A stretch of DNA of 64,000 nucleotides from Actinomycetota bacterium (lineage in GTDB: Bacteria > Actinomycetota > Thermoleophilia > Solirubrobacterales > 70-9): NCBI GenBank assembly GCA_030917845.1, contig JAUPTY010000001.1, positions 5,289 through 69,288 on the forward strand, written 5' to 3'. Below are positions 1 through 9,197 of this stretch, piece after piece (position 1 is the first letter of the stretch; every line of letters begins with the position of its first letter). The translations under genes and the position numbers were made by a program. The notes beneath the pieces are model-generated. The model saw nothing but the letters and a program-made list of their open reading frames with translations. It was not told where the DNA came from and did no database searches.

Positions 1-975
1 GATCGGCAGGATCGTCAGCGCCGACACCACCACGGCTGCCACGCCGATCGCGGACCCGATACCCATCTTCCCGATCAGCGGGATTCCGATCACCAGCAAG
101 CCGGCAATCGCAACCATCACGATCAGGCCGGCCGCAACCACCGCCGATCCGGATGTCGCCGCCGATTTAGCGGCGGCATCCCTGACCGAATCGCCGGCAG
201 CGGATTGTTCCCGGAATCTCCCGATTATCAGGAGTGAATAGTCGATTCCGGCGCCGAGTCCGAGCATCAGTGCGATCGTCGCGGCGAACTCCGGCATGCC
301 GAGCGGGGCGGCAAGGATCACCAGCAGCATCTGACCGACCATCACGCCGATCAAGGCACCGACCAGGGTCGCGAACATCGCGGCGATCGAGCGGAAAAGC
401 AGTGACAGAAGGATGATCGCGAGGGCGACGCCGATCAGCTCACCGACCGGAGCTTCCTGCTGTGACGCGAGGTCGACGACGATGCCGCGCATGGAAACAT
501 CTACTCCCGCATCCTCGGCTCCCTGGGCGGCATCCTCGAGCTGCTCTCCCTGTTCCTTGGTCACGTCCCCGAACTCGAGGTCGTAGCGCACATCGGCGAA
601 AGCGATGCGACCGTTCTCGGATATCGCTCCGGAGTTCTCCGCGAACGGGTCGGTTACGGTCAGGACGTCGGGCAGGGCCTTGAGATCATCGAGCGTAGCC
701 TCGATTGCCTGTCTGCGCTCGGGCTGCTTCAGGTCTCCGTCACTGACGCTGAAGACGACCGTGGAGTCGACACCGGCGAGGGCCGGGCTGTGGGCGGAGA
801 AGAGGTCATAGGCCTTCTGGCTCTCGGTTCCCGGAATGTCGAAGTCATCCGGCGGCGGATCGCCGGCCGTGCCTGAAAGCACTCCAATTCCGAATACGGC
901 AACCAGAGCGATCACGAGGGACAGCTTCCAGTGACCGGTGATTGATCTGACTAGGCGAGCGAGAAGGTCGGACAT
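1..975 (-). CDS. MMPL family membrane transporter, N-terminal part (gene runs off the window start)
   Basis: Absent from the ORF track because it is open at the window edge. Reverse translation from the ATG at 975-973 gives MSDLLARLVRSITGHWKLSLVIALVAVFGIGVL...DFDIPGTESQKAYDLF...LGLGAGIDYSLLIIGRFRE. This is the MMPL pattern of TM1, a periplasmic loop and a TM bundle. A TetR gene lies divergent to it. Confidence 0.85.
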   Translation of the reverse strand, partial: MSDLLARLVRSITGHWKLSLVIALVAVFGIGVLSGTAGDPPPDDFDIPGTESQKAYDLFSAHSPALAGVDSTVVFSVSDGDLKQPERRQAIEATLDDLKALPDVLTVTDPFAENSGAISENGRIAFADVRYDLEFGDVTKEQGEQLEDAAQGAEDAGVDVSMRGIVVDLASQQEAPVGELIGVALAIILLSLLFRSIAAMFATLVGALIGVMVGQMLLVILAAPLGMPEFAATIALMLGLGAGIDYSLLIIGRFREQSAAGDSVRDAAAKSAATSGSAVVAAGLIVMVAIAGLLVIGIPLIGKMGIGSAIGVAAVVVSALTILPI

Positions 976-1015
976 TCGTCTCCAGGGGGGGTGAGGGGAG
1001 CAAGGGAACGCGGAA

Positions 1016-1064
1016 ATTAGCACAACGCCTGCAAACTTGCAGTCTATGCAGGTTTAGTGCTAAT
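1016..1064. promoter_or_regulatory. Nested inverted repeats in the MMPL/TetR divergent intergenic region (candidate TetR operator)
   Basis: Outer arms are ATTAGCAC (1016-1023) and GTGCTAAT (1057-1064). The inner palindrome is CTGCAA-ac-TTGCAG (1029-1042). Confidence 0.5.
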
Positions 1065-1072
1065 CTCCACTT

Positions 1073-1711
1073 GTGTTCACCGCTGCCCCCCAAAGCCTCA
1101 GGGAGCGCAAGAAGGCCAAGACAAGGGAGACGATCGTTCGGGTCGCACTCGACCTGTTTGCCCGGAACGGGTACAGCCGTACCACTATCGCCCAGATCGC
1201 CGAGGCAGCGGAGGTTTCTCCCCGCACCGTGTCCACATACTTCCCGGCCAAGGAAGACATCGTCTTCGACATCAGCACGGGGACAAAAGATCGCCTCTCG
1301 AACGCCATCCGTGAACGCCCCGAGGGACAGGACACGATGTCGGCTCTGCGGGACTGGCTGCTAACCGAACGAAAGTTTCTTGATGAAGACCACGAACTTC
1401 ATGTCTGCCAGCGGACGGTGATCGACCGGGAAGAGTCACTGATCGCTCATGAACACGCCCTGCTGCGTGAGTTCGAGGTTGTACTCGCCGACGGCATTGC
1501 GGCTGATCTCAAACTCGCGCACTCCGACCTTGAGCCCCGCATGGCCGCAGCGGCAGCGATGGCGGTGTTCGATCTGCTCCGGGCTGAAGGCGACTCATCG
1601 AGGACCGAAGGAGAGATCCCGGTGGTTGAGGAGCTGCTTGCGATGCTGGACCAGGCCTTCGCTTTCATCAGCGGTGGCGTTGCCGCCCTGAGCGCCCAGC
1701 GGCAGGCCTGA
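1073..1711 (+). CDS. TetR family transcriptional regulator
   Basis: 212-aa ORF with a GTG start. The N-terminal HTH reads RERKKAKTRETIVRVALDLFARNGYSRTTIAQIAEAAEVSPRTVSTYF. It is divergent from the MMPL gene. Confidence 0.9.
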   Translation: MFTAAPQSLRERKKAKTRETIVRVALDLFARNGYSRTTIAQIAEAAEVSPRTVSTYFPAKEDIVFDISTGTKDRLSNAIRERPEGQDTMSALRDWLLTERKFLDEDHELHVCQRTVIDREESLIAHEHALLREFEVVLADGIAADLKLAHSDLEPRMAAAAAMAVFDLLRAEGDSSRTEGEIPVVEELLAMLDQAFAFISGGVAALSAQRQA

Positions 1712-1728
1712 CACCCGTTCAACAACAC

Positions 1729-1751
1729 CGCCCCGGCGGGGGCCGGGGCGG
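1729..1751. terminator. Hairpin terminator between convergent genes
   Basis: Perfect 10-bp stem CCGCCCCGGC (1729-1738) / GCCGGGGCGG (1742-1751) with a 3-nt loop, followed by CTCTTTCC. Confidence 0.7.
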
Positions 1752-1776
1752 CTCTTTCCTCAGGGAGGGGAAATCT

Positions 1777-2364
1777 CTAGAAGCCGGCGGGGTGCCGTGC
1801 GCTGAAGCTGCCCGAAGTCGAGCGAAGGCTCTTGCTCCAGCCAGGACCGTTACCCGTGGTCATCGAGGTATCGAATCGGAGGCCGGCGACAACCATGTAC
1901 ATGTGTCCGGGGTTGGAGTAGACGGTGATCCACTTGCCCCGTCCGGGACGCTTCCATCTCATGTAGCCACCGGAAGCCATTGGCGAGCTGACGAAACGGC
2001 CGCCGCGAAGAGCGAAGCTGACCGAACCGGAGCAGTCGTAGCCGCGGTCGAAGAAGCTGCCATGGCCGCCACCGTAGATGTACGGCTTGTTGCGGATCCT
2101 GTTGGCCCAGGCGATTACCTTCTTGACCCGAGCCGGTGCACTGGCCGGTGCGAAAGCCTTGCCGCGAATCAGGCGGGCCTTGCGGATCGGCTTGCACTTG
2201 GTGCTGCCGACCGAGAGTCCGCCGCTCGATGACGAAGCGCAGGATGCCGCGGACTTGGAGGGCATGCCGACGGCGAAAATCAGGAAGCAGGCCAGCAGGC
2301 CGATGAGACCAAGCGCAAGGCTGCGTAAGAACGAAATGGAATTATGAGGGGAAGTGGAAATGAT
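1777..2364 (-). CDS. NlpC/P60 (C40) family cell-wall peptidase, secreted or membrane-anchored
   Basis: Contains YIYGGGHGSFFDRGYDCSGSVSFAL with the catalytic-Cys context. The frame stays open upstream of the first ATG (2265) and encodes a hydrophobic signal/anchor, SFLRSLALGLIGLLACFLIFAVG. The only start with a Shine-Dalgarno (AAGGAG, 2376-2371) is ATC at 2364 or ATT at 2361. The conservative alternative is 1777..2265. Confidence 0.65.
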   Translation of the reverse strand: MISTSPHNSISFLRSLALGLIGLLACFLIFAVGMPSKSAASCASSSSGGLSVGSTKCKPIRKARLIRGKAFAPASAPARVKKVIAWANRIRNKPYIYGGGHGSFFDRGYDCSGSVSFALRGGRFVSSPMASGGYMRWKRPGRGKWITVYSNPGHMYMVVAGLRFDTSMTTGNGPGWSKSLRSTSGSFSARHPAGF

Positions 2365-2380
2365 GCCGATCTCCTTTTTT

Positions 2381-2500
2381 GCCTGCGGGGTTAGCTGACG
2401 GGCTAGCGCTAAGGGAGTAGCGCTCTCACCATTTCTGGTGGGTTAGCCCCAAAAACCTGGTTCCCCCGCTTCCCGGACCTGAGGCCCGGAAACTCGGCGT
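2381..2500 (-). promoter_or_regulatory. ydaO/yuaA-type cyclic-di-AMP riboswitch (5' leader of the NlpC/P60 gene)
   Basis: The minus strand reads ACGCCGAG...GCGGGGGAACCAGG...GGGGCUAACCC...GCCCGUCAGCUAACCCCGCAGGC, followed by AAAAAAGGAG. The GGGGA(A/C)CCA and CCGUCAGCUAACC(U/C)CG(U/C)A(A/G)GC blocks match my memory of the ydaO consensus. Boundaries are approximate. Confidence 0.7.
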
Positions 2501-2577
2501 ATCGGTTTGCAGAATCACAAAGAGTAGGGCATTTCTTAACAGTATGCACACAAAGCACCCCAAGGTAAGCTCAACCC

Positions 2578-3285
2578 ATGAAACCGGCCAGGCACCGCGA
2601 GGTCAGCTTTGAAGCATTCGAAGCATCCTCCATTTCTTATTATGAAGCCAAATTCAAGGCAGCCGAGGAGGTCGCATCGCTGGCCGAATCGGGTCAGGTG
2701 ATCGGGGCCGGCTCGGGTTCCACAGCGTTTCTGGCGGTCCGTGCGATCGCCATGAGGGTGAGACACGGTGAACTTCACGATGTCCGTCTGATTCCGACTT
2801 CGCTTGAGTCGGAGTTGACGATCACCGGGCTCGGCCTGATCCAGGCCGATCTGGCTGAAGTGGCCCCCGACTGGCTGTTCGACGGCGCCGATGAAGTCGA
2901 CCCCGAAGGCAACATGATCAAGGGCAGGGGAGGGGCACTGTTTCGCGAGAAGCTGCTGTTTTCGTCCTGCCAGCTCAGGCGGGTGCTCATTGACCCTTCA
3001 AAAAGGGTCGATCAACTGGGAACGAATTTCCCCGTACCCGTAGAGGTTGTGCCCGGCGCAACTTCCGTCGTCATGGCCGGGCTGCGGAGTCTTGGCTCAA
3101 CGGAGATCACGATCCGTACCGGTTCAGGCAAGGACGGCCCGGTTCTGACAGAACATGGCAATCTGCTGCTCGACTGCCGGTTCGGGCAGATAGAAAACGG
3201 CCTCGAGGAAGGGATAAAGGGGCTGACCGGAGTCCTGGACTCCGGCCTCTTCCAGGGCTACGGTCCGGAGATCATCGAAGCCTGA
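2578..3285 (+). CDS. rpiA: Ribose-5-phosphate isomerase A
   Basis: 235 aa with RpiA-type blocks GAGSGSTAF, DGADEVDPEGNMIKGRGGALFREK and GPVLTEHGNLLLDC. Confidence 0.9.
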   Translation: MKPARHREVSFEAFEASSISYYEAKFKAAEEVASLAESGQVIGAGSGSTAFLAVRAIAMRVRHGELHDVRLIPTSLESELTITGLGLIQADLAEVAPDWLFDGADEVDPEGNMIKGRGGALFREKLLFSSCQLRRVLIDPSKRVDQLGTNFPVPVEVVPGATSVVMAGLRSLGSTEITIRTGSGKDGPVLTEHGNLLLDCRFGQIENGLEEGIKGLTGVLDSGLFQGYGPEIIEA

Positions 3286-3290
3286 GGGCC

Positions 3291-4067
3291 TCAGATGATC
3301 AGGCGGCTGGTCAGTCGCCTGATCGCGACCCGCCAGAGGACAATTGCCAGGGCCACCAAACCGGCGAAGCGCAGGATGTCGACAGCCTCGAGTCCGAAGC
3401 AGGCGCCCCTGACCAGTTCAACCAGTTGGTACAGAGGGTTGAACTGTGCCGCTATCTGGAACCCATCCGGCAACTGGTCGATCGGGAAAAAGGTGCCGGC
3501 AACCAGGAAGAGCGGCGTGATAACCAGCGTCGTTACATAGTTGAACTGGTCGATCTTCGAGACCGAAGCAGCCATGGTGATTCCGAACGCCGAGAAAGCC
3601 AGGGCGGTTACGAAAGCGAAGATCGGCACCAGCAGCATCGTGATCTTCGGCTCCAGCCCGAAGAACATTGTCACGATAAGCGGAAAGCAGCCAAAGACCG
3701 CGGAGCGCAAGCCGATCCAGAGCATTTCTGCGGTCACCAGTTCCTCGACATCGACCGGGGCCGCGAGGATCGCGTCATAAGTGCGCTGGAAACGCTCCTT
3801 GACGAAGGTGCCGAACATGGCCGGCAGGGCGGAGGAGAAGACGACCGCGGTGGCGACCAGTCCCGTGCCGACGAACTGGACGTATTCGATCCCGTCGACA
3901 TCGGTGACGAGAGTGGAACCGAGGCCAAGCCCGAAGGCGAACAGATAGACCACCGGCTCGAAGGTGCTGGTGAACGCTGTTGATTTCCAGAAAGTACGGA
4001 AGTTGGCGAACTCGCGGCCCATCACGGCCAGGATCACGGCCGGCTCGAGCCGGCGTACGGGCTTCAC
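3291..4067 (-). CDS. ABC-2 type transporter permease
   Basis: 258 aa and polytopic. A 4-nt start/stop overlap links it to the upstream ATPase gene. Confidence 0.85.
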   Translation of the reverse strand: MKPVRRLEPAVILAVMGREFANFRTFWKSTAFTSTFEPVVYLFAFGLGLGSTLVTDVDGIEYVQFVGTGLVATAVVFSSALPAMFGTFVKERFQRTYDAILAAPVDVEELVTAEMLWIGLRSAVFGCFPLIVTMFFGLEPKITMLLVPIFAFVTALAFSAFGITMAASVSKIDQFNYVTTLVITPLFLVAGTFFPIDQLPDGFQIAAQFNPLYQLVELVRGACFGLEAVDILRFAGLVALAIVLWRVAIRRLTSRLII

Positions 4068-4966
4068 TCTGCGTCCTCTCCGGTCAGCATCACGAAGACA
4101 TCTTCGAGAGAGCCGGCCCGGTGGATCGCATCCTCCGGAATGAGCCCGGGGGCTGCCGTTTCTGCGGCAACGATCGCGATAGCGGGGCCAGCCGGGCGAA
4201 CCCGAAGTCCGGCGTCTTCGACCATGCTTCTGACCTCCGCCAGGCGGTCGGGGGGCCCATAGACCTCGGCGGTGCTCTTGCCGGCGTGCTCGGCAATCAG
4301 CTCAGCCGGAGTAGCCCTGGCGATTACCTTGCCGTTCGCCATCACGGCCACTTCGTCGGCAAGCCGTTCGGCTTCCTCGATGTAGTGGGTGGACATCAGA
4401 ATTGTTGTGCCACTGGAGCGGAGTCTTTCGATCAGGGTCCACAACTCGGTCCGGATCTGCGGATCGAGACCGACAGTCGGTTCGTCCAGGAGGAGCAGTT
4501 TCGGGTCATGGACCAGGCCGCGGGCGAGCAGGAGACGGCGCCTCATCCCGCCGGAAAGCTTGTCAACGGCGTCTTTGCGTCGGTCGGTGAGTCGGGCAAT
4601 CTCGAGAGTACGGTCAACGGCCGCGCCGACGTCCTCGACCCGGTAGAGCCGGGCGAAGATCGCCAGGTTCTCCTCAACGGTGACGTCGATGTCGAGGTTG
4701 TCCAGCTGAGGAACCACGCCCATGCTGGCCCGGGCATTCTTGCCCTCGCTGGGCAGATCGAAGCCAAGCACCCTGATCTCGCCCGAGTCAGCGATCGCCT
4801 GTCCGGTGAGCATCTTCATCGTGGTGGATTTCCCGGCGCCGTTCGGGCCGAGCAGGCCAAGACAGACACCCTTGTCAACGACAAGGTCGAGACCATCCAC
4901 CGCCTTGATAGGGCCGAAGCTCTTGGTCAGGCCGTGGATTTCTATCGCGGGCACCAGAGCAGTCAA
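4064..4966 (-). CDS. ABC transporter ATP-binding protein (DrrA-like exporter ATPase)
   Basis: Walker A GPNGAGKST, signature LSGGMRRRL and Walker B LLLLDEPT. Confidence 0.92.
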   Translation of the reverse strand: MTALVPAIEIHGLTKSFGPIKAVDGLDLVVDKGVCLGLLGPNGAGKSTTMKMLTGQAIADSGEIRVLGFDLPSEGKNARASMGVVPQLDNLDIDVTVEENLAIFARLYRVEDVGAAVDRTLEIARLTDRRKDAVDKLSGGMRRRLLLARGLVHDPKLLLLDEPTVGLDPQIRTELWTLIERLRSSGTTILMSTHYIEEAERLADEVAVMANGKVIARATPAELIAEHAGKSTAEVYGPPDRLAEVRSMVEDAGLRVRPAGPAIAIVAAETAAPGLIPEDAIHRAGSLEDVFVMLTGEDAE

Positions 4967-5043
4967 TCAGACCAAGGTCTCCGGCAGAAATGAGCGTCGT
5001 AAATCATGCGGCTGCGGCAGCGGCAGCCAGGTCAGACAGGCGC

Positions 5044-6471
5044 TCAGAGAGGCTGAGCAGCCGCCAGTCTGCCCACCAGTTCGTAGTGGCGAAGGAGGCG
5101 ATGGACAGCAAGCAGGTCTGTCTTGACGGTCAGTCGGGCAGCCGCGCCCGTGCGCTCGGCCCTGGCCGGGTCGTCGAGCAAGCCGTCTATCGCGGCGGCA
5201 AAGGCGGGCAGATCCCTGGCGTCGTCGATCAGGACACCTGAGACTCCATCCTCGATCTGGTCCTGGATGCCGCCCAGCCGGCTCGCCACCATCGGCCTCG
5301 ACTTCCACATCGCTTCGGAAACCGTCAGGCCAAAACCCTCGGCAAGGCTCTTCTGGACGACCACATCGGCCCGGCGCTGGATCGCATTGACCATGAAGGC
5401 GTTCTCATCCAGATCCTCCATCGGCAGACTCACCAGATGAACCCGGGCGCGCATTTCTTCGGGCAGCGATTCCCACTGTTCGAGAATCTCCCGGTAAACG
5501 GCGGCGCCCTCGGGGTCATCATCGACTCCGGAGCTGTCGGGCCCGACCAGGGCGAGATGGGCATCGGAATCACGGAGATCCCGGCTGAAGAGGGTGAGGA
5601 GACCGGCATGATCCTTGAGCCGGTCCCACCTCGAAACCTGAATCACCAGAGGAGCATCCAGCGGAAGCCTGGAGTCCTGGACGATCGAGGCCCGGGACGT
5701 CACCTCTCCGACTCCTCCTTCGGCCCGGATGAATTCGGGATTGGTGCCGGGGTCCTCGCCACTCAACCCGATCCGCCCCAGCACTGCCACAACGGTTTCC
5801 TCATCCATCGCCTGGTTCTTCGGTGTGAAGGCGTCAATGCCAGGCGGGATGACTGTGGTCGCCGCCGGGTCGAGCGCCGGCCAGATGTACTGATCCCTTG
5901 AAAAGACACTGCCATCGGCTGCGCCGACCAGATCCCCAAGCAGATCCTGGGCGCCGAGGGCGATTTCATTCGGATCATCAATGCCGATGTGACACCGCCA
6001 GATGACCTTCGCCCCGGTCTCCCGGATTGCGGGAATCAGTCCCGCGGTCTGGGGATCATGCAATAAAACGACGTCGTCGGGGGACACCCGGGCGGCCAGC
6101 CGGGCTGCGCTGTCGGCCAGAAACGCCATGTACGCCTCCCGCTCGGCCGGGCCCAGAGGGCCGCCATCTCCGGGATCGCCATGAAGTTGATTGTGAATTC
6201 GCTTGGTCAGCAGGAAGAAGGAGGGGTCCTCCTGGAGGACAACCCACCGGGTGTCGACTCCGGCATCAAGTACGTAGGGCAAATAGGCACGGAGCATTTC
6301 CGCGACACCACCGCCCCGGGCGGTTGAGTTGACGTTCCAGACAACCCGGCCGCTCAGGCTTTCGCGGGCGGCCGCGGCGGCCGCGGCAATCGGTTCGTAC
6401 TCGTCCTCAAGCAGGTCGCGGTACCGCAGGAGCGGCTGGGGTCCGAGGGCAACGCGTTCAGGTTCTGCCAT
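5044..6471 (-). CDS. Glycosyltransferase family 4 protein (TreT-like trehalose synthase candidate)
   Basis: 475 aa. The N-terminus VNSTARGGGVAEMLRAYLPY...FFLLTKRIHNQLHG resembles TreT-type enzymes. The C-terminal GT-B motif is EGFGLTVSEAMW. Confidence 0.75.
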   Translation of the reverse strand: MAEPERVALGPQPLLRYRDLLEDEYEPIAAAAAAARESLSGRVVWNVNSTARGGGVAEMLRAYLPYVLDAGVDTRWVVLQEDPSFFLLTKRIHNQLHGDPGDGGPLGPAEREAYMAFLADSAARLAARVSPDDVVLLHDPQTAGLIPAIRETGAKVIWRCHIGIDDPNEIALGAQDLLGDLVGAADGSVFSRDQYIWPALDPAATTVIPPGIDAFTPKNQAMDEETVVAVLGRIGLSGEDPGTNPEFIRAEGGVGEVTSRASIVQDSRLPLDAPLVIQVSRWDRLKDHAGLLTLFSRDLRDSDAHLALVGPDSSGVDDDPEGAAVYREILEQWESLPEEMRARVHLVSLPMEDLDENAFMVNAIQRRADVVVQKSLAEGFGLTVSEAMWKSRPMVASRLGGIQDQIEDGVSGVLIDDARDLPAFAAAIDGLLDDPARAERTGAAARLTVKTDLLAVHRLLRHYELVGRLAAAQPL

Positions 6472-6501
6472 GGCAGAGATTCTCCCATTCGAATGAGTCA
6501 G

Positions 6502-6536
6502 GGGCGGCCCGGCACCGGCCGGAAGCCGGGCCGCCC
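6502..6536 (-). terminator. Hairpin terminator downstream of the aldehyde dehydrogenase gene
   Basis: 12-bp stem GGGCGGCCCGGC (6502-6513) / GCCGGGCCGCCC (6525-6536), 7 nt after the stop at 6544. Confidence 0.6.
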
Positions 6537-6543
6537 GAATTGT

Positions 6544-7914
6544 CTACTTGAGGGTGCGGATCAGCTTCTTGTTGACGAACTCCTGGATCCCGTAGGCACC
6601 GAGCTCGCGGCCGAAACCAGAGCGCTTGACTCCACCGAAGGGCAGCTCGGCCCCGTCGAGGCCGACTCCGTTGACGAAGACCATTCCGGTGTCGAGTTTC
6701 TCCGCCACCCGCTGTGCCTGTTCCGGGTCAGACGAAAACACGTACGACCCGAGCCCGAAGGGCGTGTCGTTTGCCAGTTCGATCGCCTCATCTTCACTGG
6801 CGACCTTGTAGACGGTGGCGACCGGACCGAAGAACTCTTCGCGGTAGGCATCGTTCTCCTCGGTCACTCCGGCGAGCACGGTGACCGGGAAGAAATTCCC
6901 GTCCCGCTCACCGCCAACGACAACTTCTGCGCCCTGGGCTATGGCCCGGTCGAGCTGATCCTGCAGCCGCTCGGCAGCGGTCGCCGACGAGAGCGGGCCG
7001 ATGGCCGTCTCGTCACTGGTCGGATCACCAGGTTGGACTGCGCCCATCTTCTCCGCGAAGCCACTGAGGAAATCGTCATAGAGATCCTCGGCCACGATGA
7101 ATCGCTTGGCTGCGTTGCATGACTGGCCGGTGTTGTCCAGGCGGGCATCGGTGGCTGCCTGTATCGCTTCATCGAGATCCTCGGAACCGAGCAGGATGAA
7201 CGGGTCAGAACCACCAAGCTCCAGCACGACCTTCTTCAGGTTGCGACCGGCAATCTCGGCGACCGCCGCGCCGGCCCGCTCGGAGCCGGTCAACGAGACG
7301 CCCCGGACGCGGGGGTCCGCGATCGCGTCTGCGATCTGGTCGTTGGTTGCGAGGATGGTCTGGTAGGCCTCGGCCGGCAGGCCGGCATCGGACATCATCT
7401 GCTGGATCGCTGCCGCGGACTCGGGGCACTGAGGGGCCGGCTTGAGCAGTACCGGGTTACCCACGATCAGATTGGGCCCGGCAAAACGAGCCACCTGGTA
7501 GTAAGGGAAATTCCAGGGCATGATGCCGATCAGTGGGCCCATTGCCGTCTTGCGGACCAGGGCAGTGCCGTCACCGGCAAGAAGGTCGATCGGCTCGTCG
7601 GCAAGGAACTTCTCAGCGTTATCGGCGTAGAACCCGTAGATGTCGCCACAGAAATCGATCTCGCCGAGGGCCTGCTCGCGGGGCTTGCCCATCTCGCGGA
7701 TGATGATGTCAGCCAGTTCCTCGCGACGCTCGACATGCATTTCGCCAACCCGCTTTATGATTGCTGCCCGCTCGGCGACCGTGCTGTGCTGCGACCAGTC
7801 CCGGAATGCTCCTTCTGCGGCTGCAATCGTCGTCTCGAGTTCGCTGTCCGTGATCGTCGGGTACTCCTGGACGGTCTCGCCGGTGGCCGGGTTCACAACT
7901 GCGTAGTCGCTCAT
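6544..7914 (-). CDS. gabD: NAD(P)-dependent succinate-semialdehyde dehydrogenase / aldehyde dehydrogenase family
   Basis: 456 aa. It has the catalytic Cys context GQSCNAAKRF, VLELGGSDP and EEFFGPV, with N-terminus MSDYAVVNPATGE. Confidence 0.85.
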   Translation of the reverse strand: MSDYAVVNPATGETVQEYPTITDSELETTIAAAEGAFRDWSQHSTVAERAAIIKRVGEMHVERREELADIIIREMGKPREQALGEIDFCGDIYGFYADNAEKFLADEPIDLLAGDGTALVRKTAMGPLIGIMPWNFPYYQVARFAGPNLIVGNPVLLKPAPQCPESAAAIQQMMSDAGLPAEAYQTILATNDQIADAIADPRVRGVSLTGSERAGAAVAEIAGRNLKKVVLELGGSDPFILLGSEDLDEAIQAATDARLDNTGQSCNAAKRFIVAEDLYDDFLSGFAEKMGAVQPGDPTSDETAIGPLSSATAAERLQDQLDRAIAQGAEVVVGGERDGNFFPVTVLAGVTEENDAYREEFFGPVATVYKVASEDEAIELANDTPFGLGSYVFSSDPEQAQRVAEKLDTGMVFVNGVGLDGAELPFGGVKRSGFGRELGAYGIQEFVNKKLIRTLK

Positions 7915-8000
7915 GAATCTCCAATCCTCGAATTACGGCTAATCGGACACCCGGAGGTGCCTGCGACCAGCCTAGTGGTTGAACGATCCCGAATGGAGCG

Positions 8001-8025
8001 GATTGAGAGAAATCCGGACGGGTAC
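8001..8025 (+). promoter_or_regulatory. SigB/SigF-type promoter candidate (csbD)
   Basis: GATT (8001-8004), N15, then GGGTAC (8020-8025). This is 30 nt upstream of the ATG. Confidence 0.5.
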
Positions 8026-8054
8026 CCGACCTTTGAACACTCAAAGGAGACCGA

Positions 8055-8228
8055 ATGACCAATCACAAGACAGATGTAGCAAAGGGCCGCGTCAAGGAAG
8101 CTACTGGCGCCGCAACCGGAGACGACAATCTCAAGAACGAAGGCAAGACCGATCAGGCCGCAGCCTCCGTGAAGGACAAGATCGAGGGCGCGGTCGACAA
8201 GGTGAAGGACAAGATCACCCGGAAGTAG
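8055..8228 (+). CDS. csbD: CsbD family general stress protein
   Basis: 57 aa, below the ORF-track cutoff: MTNHKTDVAKGRVKEATGAATGDDNLKNEGKTDQAAASVKDKIEGAVDKVKDKITRK. The SD is AAGGAG at 8044-8049. Confidence 0.85.
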   Translation: MTNHKTDVAKGRVKEATGAATGDDNLKNEGKTDQAAASVKDKIEGAVDKVKDKITRK

Positions 8229-8230
8229 GT

Positions 8231-8257
8231 GCATGCCCGGATAGGATCCGGGCATGC
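8231..8257 (+). terminator. Hairpin terminator after csbD
   Basis: 11-bp stem GCATGCCCGGA (8231-8241) / TCCGGGCATGC (8247-8257) with a 5-nt loop. Confidence 0.7.
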
Positions 8258-8282
8258 CTTCAATCGATCCGGAAGGGCCTGA

Positions 8283-9197
8283 GTGAGCGCGGCAGATCTT
8301 CGCGCCTGGCGTGAGCGCGGGCGCATGGTCGAGGCGACCCCGCTCGGTCACCAGGCTTTTCTGATCGACGAGGGAGATTCCGCAGCCGCCCCTGAGTCGA
8401 CGGTGGTGCTGCTTCATGGCTTCCCCGAGTCCTCTTACTCGTATTCCGGCGCCTTTCCGCTGCTCGGCGGAGCCTTTGAACGGGTCCTTTCCTTTGACTT
8501 CATCGGGTATGGCTTCTCGGCGAAGCCGGCTTCTGGCTACGCCTACTCGCTGATCGAGCAGGCCGATGTCGCACTTCGGCTGATCCGGGAATCAGCGATC
8601 ACCGGATGTCATTTCGTTGCTCACGACATGGGCGACTCGGTGATGACGGAGATCCTCGCGCGATTGAACTCGAATCGGCCCGACTGGTTCGAGGACGGCA
8701 TGCAGAGCGTCACCTTCACGAACGGGAGCATGGTTCTCGGGGACGCGAAGCTGAGGCTGGGTCAGAGAGCGCTCGTCTCGCCGGCCGGACCTCTGCTGGC
8801 CCGGGTAACCAGCAGTCTCAAGGTCTTCGAGAAACAGGTGGTGAGCGCCCAGGGCAACGGGAAACTGACTGAAGACCAGATCCTCGACATGTACTCGGCT
8901 TCGACCACCGGTGCTCCGCCCGGCCTGATGGCCGAGTTGATCAACTATCTGCGCGAGCGTCGTCGTTTCGAGGCGCCGCGATGGCTGCCGGCAGTGCGGG
9001 ACTGTGAAGCGCCTGTACATATCTGCTGGGGAGGCGATGATGCGGTCGCTCCGGTCGCGATCGCCAAGCGTCTCAAGGCCGAGGTCAAGCCGGAAGCGAA
9101 GCTGACGATCCTCGAAGGTCTCGGCCATTTCGCGCAGATTCAGGATCCCGAGGCCTGGTTCGGCGGCCTCGCACCTTTCTGGGAAGAGATCGCCTAG
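8283..9197 (+). CDS. Alpha/beta hydrolase (epoxide hydrolase / haloalkane dehalogenase-like)
   Basis: 304 aa with HGFPESSYSY and VAHDMGDS (Asp nucleophile context). The start is uncertain: GTG 8283 or ATG 8325. Confidence 0.8.
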   Translation: MSAADLRAWRERGRMVEATPLGHQAFLIDEGDSAAAPESTVVLLHGFPESSYSYSGAFPLLGGAFERVLSFDFIGYGFSAKPASGYAYSLIEQADVALRLIRESAITGCHFVAHDMGDSVMTEILARLNSNRPDWFEDGMQSVTFTNGSMVLGDAKLRLGQRALVSPAGPLLARVTSSLKVFEKQVVSAQGNGKLTEDQILDMYSASTTGAPPGLMAELINYLRERRRFEAPRWLPAVRDCEAPVHICWGGDDAVAPVAIAKRLKAEVKPEAKLTILEGLGHFAQIQDPEAWFGGLAPFWEEIA

